A DNA stretch of 62,987 nt, counting the filler, from Reclinomonas americana ATCC 50394 (lineage: Eukaryota), in NCBI GenBank assembly GCA_048213135.1. It is 20 parts of 20 records of this genome, joined end to end, with 100 filler letters (N's around TTAATTAATTAA, not from the genome) between each part and the next. Parts side by side here need not be neighbours in the genome. Positions count along the whole stretch, not along the records: positions 12,891 to 20,522 come from AFZH01023928.1; positions 20,623 to 22,417 come from AFZH01023929.1; positions 22,518 to 26,060 come from AFZH01023930.1; positions 26,161 to 29,209 come from AFZH01023931.1; 16 more parts are not named here. One strand, written 5' to 3'. Of the stretch, positions 12,891-26,581 are shown piece by piece. The notes beneath the pieces are model-generated. The model was not told the DNA's origin and made no database searches. It worked only from the letters and a program-made list of their open reading frames with translations. Position 1 is the first letter of the stretch. Each line of letters begins with the position of its first letter. Position numbers and translations under genes: made by a program.

Positions 12891-13830
12891 AATCGCATGT
12901 GCGTACGTGCAATAACTATCTGACAGCTTCACAGGTACGCTCCACACTCTGCGCTGTGACCGCCAGCCCCCCCCGCCCGAGACAGTGCCTGCAACGAGAG
13001 AGAGAGAGAGCGACGGACGACGCGACCATGTCGACCCACAAAAAGTACACTCTCGCTTTCTCTTCTCACGCACACCCTGGAACTTGTCATTTTCCACCAC
13101 AAGATAGATCACCATTGTGACATCAGCACGCACACGTACTATCGTCACTCAAAACAACAGCAGAGAAGAGAGCTGCAGTGGGCACACAGGACATGGCCTC
13201 GTACCGCGACGCAGAAGCACGCTCCGCATGCGCGCGGATGTTTGCGGCACATGCACACTACAGCCGCACTCACACACAAATAAAGAGAGAGCGAGAGAGC
13301 GAGAGAGAGTGGCAGATGCACTCGTGCGACCAGAACCTATAAAAAGACGCGTCCCTGTCTGTCACTCACTCAACTCACTCGCTTTCTCACTCTCGACACG
13401 CAAACACGCTCCTCACACAGACCACAAACACACGCGCGTCCACCACCACAACGCACGCGTGCAAGGAGAGCAGAGGGGCACGGCGCACATGTGCATGCCG
13501 CATGCACCCCACAACTTCTTCACGACTCAACCCAGACTGCGTTCTCTCTCCACCCCCCTTCTCTCCCCCCTCACGACTGTGTGTGCCGAGGGTCCACTGC
13601 GCCGCAATCCAAACTCACCATGATTGTACGTGTGCGCCTGCCAAAGCGATAGAAAAAGTGAGAGAATTCACCGTCCAGGCCGGCCAACGGACAATGATCG
13701 CCGTTTTGTCGACGATCAATCAAGCGCACATGCACGCCTTCCGCCGCAAGCGCAGTGCGGGCACAGGGCGGACGGCGCCACTGAGGCTCTTCCAGCCACC
13801 ACGTTGCGCACCACGACCTCCAATTCTCTC
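12891..13830 (-). CDS. Putative multi-exon gene with very small exons, unknown product
   Basis: Minus-strand GT..AG-bounded, CT/GT-rich intron-like tracts alternate with short codon-like blocks (AHTYNHGEFGLRRSGPSAHTV, SGLSREEVV, FWSHE, VRADVTMVIYLVVENDKFQ). The model is not resolved. Confidence 0.35.
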
Positions 13831-13952
13831 GCACACGCACCTCACTCACTTACAAATCAACAGCGCTCGCCGATGTCGGTGGAGTGCCGGAGGTGGCCCC
13901 AGCGTCACAGCCACCATCAGTGTCGTCATCGACCGCGACACCTGCGAGTGGC

Positions 13953-15700
13953 ATGGGTGACAATGCCGGAGGTGGTGGAGGAGGCGGAGGAGGCGGAGAT
14001 CGTGTGGGTAGCGGAGGATCACGCAGCACGTCGGCGTTCCGACTGGCGGCGCGTTCAGCGGGCTCCTCTCGTGGTGGTGTCAATGGCAGTGTGAGCACCA
14101 CATCGGCAGCCGTGGCAGCGGCCATGAGAGGCGGTGCCGGTGCACGCGCGTCACTGGCGGTCGGACAGAGCGGTGGGCGCAGTGGCGGCAATCGGAATGC
14201 GCGGACCACGGTGCGCGTGCTCGATGGGTTTGTCATGCTGCGAGCGTCGCGAGTCGACGATCCGCTCGACACGGTGGAGCTGGAGGTGCACGGCGATCGT
14301 CCGTACAACTCGGTGGCGGCCGAGGATTTGTGCTTCTATCAGAACCTGACGTACTTGGATGTGAGTGAGAACACGCTGCCGCTGGAGCCGTTCGCGTTCC
14401 TGCCAGCGCTTCGCGAGCTGCACATTCACTGCAACAACATTCATCGCATGCGGCCGGACCCTGCTCTCGGTTTCGCCAATCTCGAAATCCTCAATCTGGC
14501 CTACAATCAGGTGGACCCACGCGACATTCTCGAGCTGGCCAAGCTGCCGCAGCTGCGCGAGTTGGACCTGTCGTGCAACAGTCTGCAGGCGTTGCCGTTC
14601 GACATGGCGCACTTTCGCAAACTGGAGCGACTGGCGCTGGAGAAGAACCAGCTGGCCGGCGACGCCGTCATGTACGCTCTGTCACGCATGCCGGCGCTGC
14701 GGGAGCTCAACCTCGACTACAACTTCTTCGAGCGCTTCCCTCAGTGTGAGGAGGGCTGCTTCACCGAACTCGAGATCATCTCCATGGTCTCCAACGAGCT
14801 TGTGTTCCTCGAGGACCTGTGGGCGCTGTGTGAGTGCCCGCAACTCGTCAGCGTCAACGTGGCTGGCAACCCCATTGTGCAGCGCACGAAAGGTGTGTCT
14901 CTCCTTCTTTTAAGGTAATATGTGTATGTTTGTTTTGTGTTAATCACTCCTTTCCCTGCCCGCACAGAACTGCATCCGTTCATCACGGAGATGAGGGATT
15001 GTGGCATCGACGTGTTCTACACGGATGCACCGCTGGTGCCGTACGGCGTCTTCTACGCCTCACTAACGCTGTGTGAAGTCGACGATGCGTGGGAGGCCAT
15101 CCGCAAGAAGACGGTGCAGCAGAGGAAACGAATCGCACGAGAAAAGGCGCAGCAGGATGGGGCCGCCGCGGCGTCGAGGTCGCCACCGGTGGTTGCACGT
15201 GCGCGCGTCGCTCCACCGCCGCCCGCCACCACAACCGGCGACTTTTTCCTCACGCAAGGTGCTGAATTGCTGGACGAACTCACCAGTTTCCAGCAGCTGG
15301 TGGAGCCCGATGGTTTGAAGCGACACACTGTTTCGTGGCAGCGCACGTCATGCTCAATGCACGCCCAATTTTGCAGCGTCAGTGGATGACACGGATGAGT
15401 CGCTGGATCGTGTGCATCGCGTCGTGACGGACCCGTTTACCGAGTTGCGAAGAGTGCTCGACACGCATCAGCCTGTCGAGCAGGTGGTGGCACCGAAGCG
15501 CTCATTCGCACGTGGTACCGCGCTCACTCAAGTTACGTGAATCACTCCCGAAAGCAAAGTCGGTTGCACGCCGAGAGACTCACCTCTGCTTGTTCCTTTC
15601 GGAATCGTGCAGTTACGAGACGAGAGTCGGAGTGCACCAGGCGCGGCACTGGCCGCCATGTATTGAATGCGTCCCTCCGGTCGTTGCTGTTAATATGTTG
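13953..15700 (+). CDS. XRRA1: XRRA1-like leucine-rich repeat protein (3' end approximate)
   Basis: VLDGFVMLRAS..DDP..EDLCFYQNLTYLDVSENTLPLEPFAFLPALRELHIHCNNI followed by ~7 LRRs ending VNVAGNP. Intron 14893-14968, then further exons. First in-frame ATG at 13953. Confidence 0.75.
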
Positions 15701-15774
15701 ATTGGAAAAAATGTAGTTGTTAGTAGTAGTCGCTTGTACAACTTCTTGGTAGTAGTACACTGCTGGCACACGGT

Positions 15775-18700
15775 TTACACGCCACGACTCTTGTCGCCGC
15801 CAGCACTGAGGCGTCGGCGCGGCGACGACCGCGATCGCGCTTGTGCAGTCACCGTGGAGGACGATGATGCATTGCTTGGTGCAGGTCGCGGCGGCCGAAT
15901 GGGAGGCGAAGGTAACCGACGAGCAGAGTTGGCCGCCGACTGCACTGCCGACTGCGACATTTGGCTCAGAGGCTTGCTGGGAGGACTCGGCGGTACAGAA
16001 CTGCGAGTCGACGACGGGGCCAAGTAGCTCGGCAAGCCGCCCAGAGCTGCCGCACACGCGCGCCACGATTCGTCCGGCTTGTCGTTCTCCGTATCCAAAA
16101 TGGTCGTCAGCGGCATGGTCGCCGCCAACGCCGCTCCACTGTAGAGACCGTGCGGTCGCTGCTGGGGAAGTCGTCGTCGCTGCGAGTACGACACGACGGG
16201 TCCCTCCTCAGGTGACTCGTTCATCTGCGCCACGAATCAGCAAGAGACACAAGAGCGATGGATTCGTGACACACAAGTGGAGAAGCGCAACTGCCGACAG
16301 CTTGAGCTCTGCGATCGCGGGACGACTGCATGCAAGATAACAACAAGAACAATTGAGAAATCTGTCACAGGAGGAGAGCAAGACAACTACTGCCCACACG
16401 CCACCTTTGCGGAGAGGCATTCTTGCTGGACGGGCGCACTCCACCGCGCGACTTGTACACGTCAGGCGACGGCGATGCTGGCGAATCACTTCCCGACTCG
16501 TCGGTCTCCGGGGCCACACGACCGAGATCTGACGACGACTGTGCACCCAGCGGTACCGCCTTGCGCTTTGCCAGCGGCGGCGCATCGGCCGCGTACACAA
16601 CACCCGGCACCACGCGATCACCGACCTTTTGGGCTGCCGCCGCAACTGCGGCCGCCGAGTCACGCGCACGCGCACTCGTGTTGGAGGCAAGCAGCAGCGA
16701 CGTGGCGCGTGCAGGAATGGATGCTGGTCGTGACAGCGTGCTTAGTGGTCCACTGCTGGAACGCTGCAGACGGGTGGGCGGTGCGGCTGCCACGACGGTC
16801 GCGCCCGGCACAACCTTGCTGTCCGCCGGTGCGGGTGCTGGTGACGGACGCCGGCCTTCACTCGTCGGTCGACTGCCGCCGAACGAAGCAACGCGTGCAT
16901 CCAACGACCGATTCGCACTCGTCGGCACCGTAGTCACAGCGGCGACAGCGGCGTCCGAACAACCCACATCATCGTCGGCCGCGTCCGGCAGCGAGCCCGT
17001 GGATCGCACGCGAGACATACCTCCGCGACGCACGGGGTACTCGGACTCGGCACTCATGGACGGACTCGACGAACCGATGATAGAAGCAGCTGCGGCGGCC
17101 ACTGCTGCCACCCGCCGTGGTGACGCTTGTGGAATACCGCTGCTGCTACTGCCGCCACCGACAGCACTCTCGGATACTGTTCGCCTCATCTCCGCGGCCT
17201 TGACGGTGCGCGCCACACGCGAGCCACCGAGGCGCTGAGCAGCGGCCTGCTGCAGCGTGGGGACACCGTCCGAGCTGCCCGAGGCGGGAGACGGCAACGT
17301 CAAATTCACACGTCGTCGCGCATCGGCCGATCTGCAGCCGCCGTGTGGCATGAGCAAGAGAGCACACAAGTAACGAGAAGGGTCGACAAGACACGAACCG
17401 CGCGGCAGCCGTCATGGCCACCCGCGGCAGCTTCCGAGGAGCACTGCGACAGATGCACAACTTGAGTGGAGATAGCGGGCGGTGACACGGAGACGCGCCG
17501 CCATTCAAAGCACCTTCCGTTGGTGCGGAGTCGATTGACAATCCACTTGCGCGCCTCAACCAGACTGGAGAACACGTCGCTGCTGCCGAGACCACTGGTG
17601 ACACCCGTCGGTACCGAGTCTGTCAGACGCGACAGCGGGTTGAGACCCTCCAGGTCGAGCAGAGCCACAACGATTGCCTGAATGGACATGGTGCGTGTCA
17701 CAATGTGAAAGGAATGGGACGGAGAGTTGCACGGTAAAACGCGAGCGCACCTTGCCCACATGCTCAAATGCGCGCTGGTCATAGAAAATCGGTGCCGGCT
17801 CTTGCCTTACGGGCGACAGATTGCCCCGAGACGAGCCTATGCAAGGAGACATGCAGTGAGTGGACAGAAGAAGAAGACACATTCACATGATTGCCTTTTT
17901 TCCCTACAAACCTGCGCGAGTTGGAACCTCGATTTGTCGCACGTGATGATCGCGCGGGCCGTAATTGTAGTTGAACTCTAGCGTGTAGCAATGCGTGATT
18001 CCGGTCAGTCGGTAGACTGCCACACGCCCCGCGCCCTCCTTGCTGGCGCCGTCCTTGTCTTTCGACATGTTCTTGTCGGAGAAGTCGCAGGCCTCGAAAT
18101 CAAAGAATGGCGAGTTGACGCTAATGAGCTTCGGGTACAGCATGTTCGTCACTTGCTCCTCGGCGTCTTGCTGCTTGTGCGTGTACATAGGAGTGGATGA
18201 GACACCTCGAGAAGCAGTGACGCGCGAGGGCACATCCAGCAACACACCAGATTGTTGCCAAACACAAAACAGCCAGTCTTCGTCGCATGAGCATGGAGGT
18301 CCACGTACAGAAACAGTCGCTCGTCGGAGCTCAGCTGCCGCAAAAGCTGGAACAGTGGATGACGATGAGCAATCGACGAAGAACAAGCGATGAGCGAGGG
18401 TGGATCTGGTACTCGCCTCACGAATGGCGTACACAGAAGGATGTTCCGCAATCGTCGGTGCATCGTAGTATCGATTCAAGTTGCTTCCACGCGTGTCGCT
18501 GCGTACACAACTCTCAGCGAACCATGCATACTCGACAGTCCACGAATGGAGAGTCACGCACGCACACTCACTCACTCTCCCACTCATTGCGCTCACCCAC
18601 TCACTCACTCACTCACTCACTCTCCCACTCACTGCGCTCACTCTTTCTCTCTCTCTCTCTCACACCATCGGTAATGTCCACGAGCGACGCCGTCGGGATT

Positions 18701-20429
18701 GATGATTGGAACGAGCATGAATACAAAATTGTCGCGCAGAGCACGAGAGCGTGGATCATCTGCGCGCATCAATGATCAGCCTGTCTGCACACAACAGGGC
18801 GCCAACAGAGGCAGCAAGTATTCACCCTCGTTGAGCAGCATGTCAATCACTCCGTTGAACATGTGTGACGCGGGCGTCTCCCCAGGATGCACGCGGGCAC
18901 TGATGAACACAACGCGCTTGCTTCCCTCGAACTCGAACGCCCGCTCCACCGGCGGATTCTCCGAGCTACCAATGCCCGCTGCACATCGGCGTGGTCAGCC
19001 AGCCATACATACTTGCACAGCGTGACCATCACTGAAAAGAAGAAGCTCACCAACTTCACGATTCCTTGTTCGTCGAATGCCATCGTACGACGAGATGGTG
19101 ACGAGATCCACACGCCGACCATCCAGACTCCGCGTCAGCAACTCACGGTGGTAGTAGATGTCCGAGTGCTCACTTCGAGAGTGAGGGAGTGAGGGAGTGA
19201 GTCTTGCGGTGACGCGTGGAGAAGAAGAAACACACAACACACACCGGAACATGATATCGAAGGCCGACAACTTGTGCTGCGTCTCCTCGTACGAGTACGG
19301 TACGCAGAATGCAAAGTAGGTGACGGCAAAGCAACCGCCCTCACTTCCCAACGGCACATCCTCGCCACCAGCTGGTCCGCGCTCGTAGCTGTGTGGTGAA
19401 TACACGCCTCCGCCCTCGGCCACATTGTTCCACGCCTGCCGTCTCAGCGTTTTGCGATCCCACGTGCTGGTATACAGCGAATCAACAATGAGCGATCTCA
19501 GAGAGAGAAGAGCCTTCTCCTTGAGCTCGTGACAAGCGCAACTCGGGTGGTCCACGCGCTCGACATCCGATCTCGGCCGGCGTCGGCTCACGCTCCAACA
19601 TGGCCGCCCCACTGATTGTGTGCTCAAAGCGCATGGAGAACTGATTGGTGGGCTTGTCAAAGTCGCTATGCACGCGGCCGGGCACACGACGCCAGCCACC
19701 ATCGTGCGGCACCGTGCGATAGAACGGCCGCATACCGTTCGAGTACATCTTGCTCTGATTGTTGAGATTCATGAGTCGAAAGGAGAGTGTGACGCCCTCT
19801 GGAACGCCAGCCACTCCAAAGTAGAACCACGTGCGATGCGAGGTCTGGAACGCGGTGCCAGCTGCATCGGGACTCGTCCACAGACAGAAAGGCACAGCGC
19901 ACGAAGAAGAGGAAGCCAGCGGCGGTTCCAGTGCATCGCCGCTCACCACTTGACCAACATCGCGCTCGACTCTACAAGAGCACAGCGGTTGGCGGAGAAA
20001 GAGACGAGAGTGTGCGTGTGTGTGCAACGCGCGACCAACCGTTGCAGATTGGCTGAGCAAAAGTCGGCCACAAAGGTACACACGAACGGCTCACCCGTGT
20101 CTGGGTGATTGCACACAAACGCCTGCCGCATGACGAGTGTGCCCTCTCACTCGTTGCCCAATGAGACACTTGAATGAGATGTCACCGGAAACGACGGATG
20201 TCCCATTGAGTGTCCTGTCGAAGTGAATGCGCTCATGTGCCGCGGTGGCGCTTCTCGTTAGCGCCGCGTGTTTGTTGCTTAGCGCAATCACATGCGGAGT
20301 CATTGTGCGTCTCATTCCCTCCTCTGCCAGTGAGGACGTCTCGTCTGTCGCAGTAGCAGAGGGAGGTTGGTGCGCAGTGGGTGTTCCACTGCACTGGCCG
20401 TGGTGGATGGCGTTCCCGGCAACAGCCAT
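15775..20429 (-). CDS. AGBL5: Cytosolic carboxypeptidase (M14, Nna1/CCP family, CCP5/AGBL5-like tubulin deglutamylase) with long low-complexity C-terminus
   Basis: Exons encode FCSANL, RTWFYFGV, YFAFCVPYSY, IYYHRELLTRSLDGRRVDLVTISS, SARVHPGETPAS, INPDGVARG, NLNRYY, YVDLHAHATKTGCFVFGN, KEGAGRVA and YTLEFNYN. Multiple short introns. Confidence 0.9.
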
Positions 20430-20622
20430 TGTTGGCTTCTTCTTTGTGTATGCCAACTGGCTGGCCTTTATGCTGTACAGACACAACTAACACAACGCGA
20501 GAATGAAGAAAAACATCTTTCANNNNNNNNNNNNNNNNNNNNNNNNNNNNNNNNNNNNNNNNNNNNTTAATTAATTAANNNNNNNNNNNNNNNNNNNNNN
20601 NNNNNNNNNNNNNNNNNNNNNN

Positions 20623-22334
20623 TAACACCGTTTGCAGCTTTCGTCGTGCGGCAATGAGCACCGCCTCGGGTCGCACAAACGCACGCAGCACGGTGCTCAC
20701 CAGTGCGTCCTCGCGAGCGTTGCTGAAGCTCGTGAGTGCATGCAGCGCAGCGTCTACTGCACGCACCTCGGCCGCCTCTTGTTCCTCTGCGGTTCGTCAC
20801 CGAGTGAGATCACACACACACAGCACGTTCTCTCCCTTTCCATATTGTCGTACCAATGTCGACCACATGATAAAAGGTGACGGCACCACTGCGATCGCCA
20901 GTGGCCAAGTACCCGTCGGTGTCGGCGGCCAGACAGTAGATGCCACCACCGCTGTTGGCGGTGATGGTGTGCAGGCAGTTCATGCTTGGCGCGTCCCACA
21001 AACGCACCGACCGATCCCACGACCCGCTGGCCACCAGCGTGTCGCTCACCCACTGCACACCCCACACCGCACCACGGTGACCGAGACCGAGCTCCACGCG
21101 GTGCGTCGCAGTCGTCGGCGACTCGAACATCAGCACGTGGTACGGACCGGGATAGCCGGTGCCGACGGCGAGACGCGAACCGCTCGGACTCCACGCCACC
21201 GACAGGTACTGATCGGTGCGCGAGTGGACGCCGGGTCGTCGCAGAAAGCGCGGTCGGTGGTGAATACCACCCCGACAAGCGGCTTCGCTCCACAGATGCA
21301 GCGAGCCGTCGAGTGAGGCGCCGGCCAGCACACGGCCGTCGGGCGACCAGGCCAGTTGTCGCAGAGTGCGTGGACCTGTGTCGGACATTGGCAGCTCATC
21401 GGCCTGCACAACGTCGTCATCCACCTCCAAGTCCTCCTCATCCAGTCCACCGTCGTCGTCTTCGTCATCGACAATCAATGACGACGACGATGACAATGGC
21501 GATAATACTGAAGTGGCAGTGGCAGTGGTGTTTGTGGTGGAAGAAGAACAAGAAGACGAAAAAGCGGACAAGCACGGCAGGTGATGCGGAAGCGGTGTGC
21601 CAGACTGTCTTGCTGGACATGCGGCTGTGGTTGCGGGCGGGGGAGGAGTCAACACGGCAATCTGCCGACCGACAGTTATCCGTGGTCCTTGCTTGGAGCG
21701 AGCCGGATGCAGCTGGAACGTGACAATCATGCCATCACGACCGCCCACAGCCAGCATGTGCTGATCGGGCGACACTGCGAGACAAGCGTCGCTGCCTGTC
21801 AACTGCGAACCACCAGCTCTTGCAGTGAGTGACTGATGATTGTGCGTCGTCGCATGTGAACACACTGACCTCGGCGCAAGGCGTCTCCACGGGCCTGTCG
21901 ACGTGGCTGATGCCAGGATTGAGGACGGCACACGCCCACACGGTGACGGCAGGCGATGTTGCACCGACCGCCAGCAGAGTGGCGCCGCCGTGAGTGTCAA
22001 CCACAGCCTCCACGGCGGCGATCGATGCATCGTAGGTGAGGCGCCGTGCGGGTGCATCGCGGCCTGTGCGGCTGCGCACATCCTTGTCGAAGACCTGCAC
22101 GGTACCCTCCATGGTGCCGACGAATATGCGAGGGTGTGGAGACACGCTGGTATGCGAGCGATGGTGCGCCAGTGCCACACTGAGCACGCGATCATCGGTG
22201 ATGCTCTCGTCCTCGTCCTCTTCCTCCTCCTTCCTGTCGCCGTCGCCGTCGCCACCTCCTCCTCCTCCACCTCGTCGTCCCGTGTGGAAGCGACCAAGCG
22301 TGCGCACGCGCAATGGGCGGCGTGCGTCGCTCAT
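20623..22334 (-). CDS. WD40-repeat protein with acidic/low-complexity inserts and helical C-terminal tail; introns 21802-21869 and 20787-20853; stop lost in gap
   Basis: WD motifs LAWSPDGRVLAGASLDGSLHLW and GHRGAVWGVQWVSDTLVASGSWDRSVRLWD. Last exon reads EEQEAAEVRAVDAALHALTSFSNAREDALVSTVLRAFVRPEAVLI. Confidence 0.85.
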
Positions 22335-22517
22335 GGCTGGCGTGGTGGTGGTGGTGGTGGTGGTGATGATCACGGATAGATGATGGAATTTCTGCTCAGT
22401 TGTTGGTCAATCATGCGNNNNNNNNNNNNNNNNNNNNNNNNNNNNNNNNNNNNNNNNNNNNTTAATTAATTAANNNNNNNNNNNNNNNNNNNNNNNNNNN
22501 NNNNNNNNNNNNNNNNN

Positions 22518-25500
22518 CTGAGGCGGCCGCGTCCGGACCCGCGGCGCCGGCCTTGTCTGTTTTATCGCCCTTATATGCTGTTCTCGATCCGGTCTTGGCG
22601 ATACGCGGGTGATCATCGACAGGGGCAACGGGAGCCGTCCTCGCGTTGTGTGCCACGGCGTGCACGGCATCTGGATTGGTTTGTCGCAAAAGATGTGCGC
22701 GTGCCGCATTGGTAGTGCTTCTGACAGAGGCGCTGCGCGCGCGTGACGCAAAGAAAATTAGCCCGACAATGAATGACACACGCACTGCGCACTGATCGTG
22801 CACGCGTGTGACAAACCCGATAACCATGCTATCGAAAAAACAGTGCCCGAAAAGAGGCTGAAACTCGCCCTCCGTCGCATTCTCCGTGAGATTGTCAAGG
22901 AGAATGACACGGTGCTCGTCTGACTCCCAGATCGCCTCGAGCACCAGTGTGGGATCCCCGTCTGCAGAAGCGATCAAGGTTGCCACTTCTTTCGAGCATG
23001 GGAGGCCGAAATATGTGGGCAAAAATCTGCACGCGCGCATGCAGTGAAGAAGAAAGTGTCAGGAAAGAAGAAAGTCACACGCAGGACCGGACATGAACAA
23101 ACACGACGAACATTCCGCCAGCGAGACTTCCAGCTGCAGTCTTGTCGGGAACAAGCTCGAAGCCACCGTGTGTACGGATGACAGGAAGTTCGCATTTGGC
23201 CGTCAGCACACCGTGCTTGTAGAAATAGACGCCACACCTTGTTTGTGGGAGGAGGCGAGAGTATGAGTGAGCAAAGAGGACGAACATGTCCGAATCAACG
23301 CTGATTTGAATCACTCACCTCCCGCCCGTCGTGCATGCGGCCTTTACATGGCTCGCATATGCCTTGACCATGTTATCCAACGCCATATTAACACGGGTCT
23401 TGTCCTGAGCGATGTGATGCAAGTGCAACTCGTCGTCGTCGTCGCTGCAGAGTCGACGATTGCAAAAAAAGCTTGAAAGTGAGCGGAAATGCTGATGGAT
23501 CGATGACAACAATGATGGTGGCTCACCTGTCGCCCCCTGGCCACTCCAAAGCCAGGAAGTGCTGTCTACTGTCTTCCGTCTTACACGTGACCGCCTCCAC
23601 AAAGCGCGATAGACCACCAGCTCGATGTCGAAAGAAGCGTTTAAAAGGCGATGCAGGCGCACGAATGGCGTCAAGCAGAAGGGACGGCAGATTTCCCTTC
23701 CCGTCAGCCATCTTGGCAAGGGCTTTGACGGTGTCGTTCGCCTCAAAGACCGTCGAGGCGTGGCAGAGTTGAAACATGACGGTCTGAGGCCGCGCGCAGC
23801 AAACCGGTGAGTACAAAACAGAGAGAGAGAAACAAAACACGCATTCAAATACGCAGCATTGTTTTCCGCCCGGGCGTGAGTGGCCAGCATGCAGAGCAGG
23901 AGACGAATTACGTGGATTGTGAGTACAGTGGTCCACACGATACGTCTTTGGCCAAGGTGCCCGATGCGGCCGAGGCCGTAGGCAGGCGTCGCGCGCTGCA
24001 TCACCGGGCGCAGCGATTGGACAGTCCAGTGAGACAACAAGTGGCAAGATGTACCACACAGAGCACCGAGAGGTACTCACCACTCGGGTCTTCGGTGGCT
24101 CTTCGCTCGTCGACGACTGTGTGTGCACACAAAATCGGTGGAGGAGTTATCGAACAAAACGATGATGCAATGTTCGCACCTTGTCCACCGCAGCTGGTGC
24201 TGGATTCACTCGCACCGACACGGCATCCACCGCGACTGCTGCTGCCGATTGTGCGGGCGGCGTCGCGAGAAGATCATCCTCGCAGATGACGGGAATTTCG
24301 GCGCCACGGGAAAGTGCCACAAATGTCCGATTGACATGGTGGGAGAAAAAGAGACGCAATGTTTCCTCGTTGGGGGTGTCCTTCGATAAACCCAGTAGTT
24401 GCAGCCACACAGTACTGCAGAAAGTATGAATCTTGTCGTCAGCAAAATGGGAAAATATCACAGCGAGCAGTTACTATAGCTAATGTCAAAAGAGAACGCA
24501 CGGCACGCCTTCGTTCCGAGCCTTTGCGATCCTGCCGCCGTGGATGAGGTCCAGCATCACTCTGAAGGATTCACGCATCGGCAAGGACACCGCGCTGCGA
24601 ATCGCAAAAAGAGAGAGTGTTTGAGTGGACTGGATACGTGCGCCGCAACAACACACATAAAAGGGTGTACGCAGCTTGCGACAAGCGAGATTTCTACAAG
24701 TGGCGGCAAAATCCGCTGACGCCTTGGCCAGCGTGCCGGCCAGTTCTTTTTCTGCCAGCGTGCGCCGAACATTCGCGCAATCGAGGTACACGCCCTCCAG
24801 CTCATCGGCACCGGCGACGTCGCACATGTACAACCGGGCCAACTCATGTCGTTGGACAGTATCCCAAAGGATCGGCAGTCGGACGAACCTGTCGGCAAGC
24901 ACATACAGTGTATCCACCGCTGCCCCGGCACCTGGCCATGGATCATCATCATCGGCGGGAGCCGCCGGCCCGCGAATGCGCTGAAATTGCTCGGAAAGAC
25001 GACTGAACACATCTGCTGCCTGCAGCGCAAAGTCGACGCCACCTTGACAGGCACTCGCAAACAATATGTTGGCACTGTAACAACAACCACGCGTCAGTGC
25101 CCACCAAGCGCAGCGCTTGGCACTGACATGTACTTCGCGCGCTCAACTGGAGTGCCGACGCAATGATGAACAGGTATTTCACAGTCTGTGTGTTGGGCAC
25201 GTTCAAGTCTCGTCTGCGTGCTGCACTCTCGTCCGACAGTGCCCCCCCCCGTGCGCTTCTTTTTCCCCACCGCGAAATACAACGGCAAGATGTCGGCATC
25301 TGAGTTCATGCATGAAGAGCAAACGGTCACAACGTTAACATGCATGTCGCCACTCACACACACATGTACAGCGCAGCGGCATGTTAACATGCTGCGAACC
25401 TGTGTATGCCAGCAAGTGCCGTCGCATCGCCGCTTCAAAGTTTATGAAGCGCTGTCGCTGCCCTTCAGGGGTGCGACGTAGGAAGTGGTCTTGTGCCTCT

Positions 25501-25945
25501 CTCAATCTCCCCATCTACGACAAATCAATACGGTAAGTTACACACAAACTCTTTGCAGGCAGTGCGCGTACATGCGGCATACCAGAATGTCGCGGATGCG
25601 TCTCTCCACAGCGTTGCCTGTGTCAGCCACTCCCCCTTGGTCCTCCAGCAAGCACTCGATGTCACCAAGGTGCAGGGCCAAAAAGTCGTGCAAGGGGCCT
25701 GGCGCGCCGCTCCCCACATTGGCCAGCTCACTCATCAACAGCATCGCGTGTAGTGTTGGTGACATCTGTGCAGCATTGGAGAGCCTGTCCATCCTCGCCT
25801 CCGTGGCCAGCACCTGTTGCTCCCCGTCGCCGTCGACCTCCATCACCTGCAATTGTGGTGGCGCAAGTTCCTCTACGGCTTCGTGCACACCGTCGACCTC
25901 CATCACCTGCTCTGTCGGCGGCGGTGGTGGCGCAAGTTCTTCCAT
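22518..25945 (-). CDS. Hypothetical multi-exon protein, no family recognised
   Basis: Coding-like minus-strand blocks separated by ~60-90 nt intron-like tracts. N-terminal duplicated motif EELAPP..QVMEVDG at 25835-25945. Some Cys/His clusters. Confidence 0.55.
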
Positions 25946-26581
25946 GTGTCGGTGATCTGGAGAAACAATTGCGAGGTGAGAGGGGAACATGTCGTGCAAT
26001 GACGCGCACACACAAAAAGCGACGCTCACAAACAAACATGCTCTGTCACTCTTCCTACTCNNNNNNNNNNNNNNNNNNNNNNNNNNNNNNNNNNNNNNNN
26101 NNNNTTAATTAATTAANNNNNNNNNNNNNNNNNNNNNNNNNNNNNNNNNNNNNNNNNNNNTGAGAGAGAGAGAGGGGGGGGAGATCTGGTGTGTGTGTGT
26201 GTGTCTGTGGATGATTGCTTCCCCCTCATGCACTTTTCGGGTTGCATGTTTTTGCATGACTCTTTCTTGGTATTCGTGATGCTGACGCACGTGTGTATGC
26301 GTACGTGCGGGTGTGCCTGTCTGTCATGATCCTGTCGACATGTCTTTCACTTCCGTTTTTCTACCTTCTTGTCGCACTCGACTTTTGCCGCTAGATTCAG
26401 TGTCCCTGTCCTCCACTCATATGCATCTCGCCATGTCTTTTTCCCCTCCTGTCAAGATCGCCTATTGTGCGCGACTATGGCAAGTCGGCACATGTGATCA
26501 TGAGTGGTAGCGATCTTGCACTCAGTGATTTTTGCGCCACGAAATCCTTTTGAGGCCAACACGCGTTTGCTTGGCTTTGTC

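Noticed and set aside
8898..20429. Fragmented ORFs suggesting stop-codon reassignment or frameshifting
   Set aside because: The breaks I traced are explained by short GT-AG introns, and conserved exons contain no in-frame stops.
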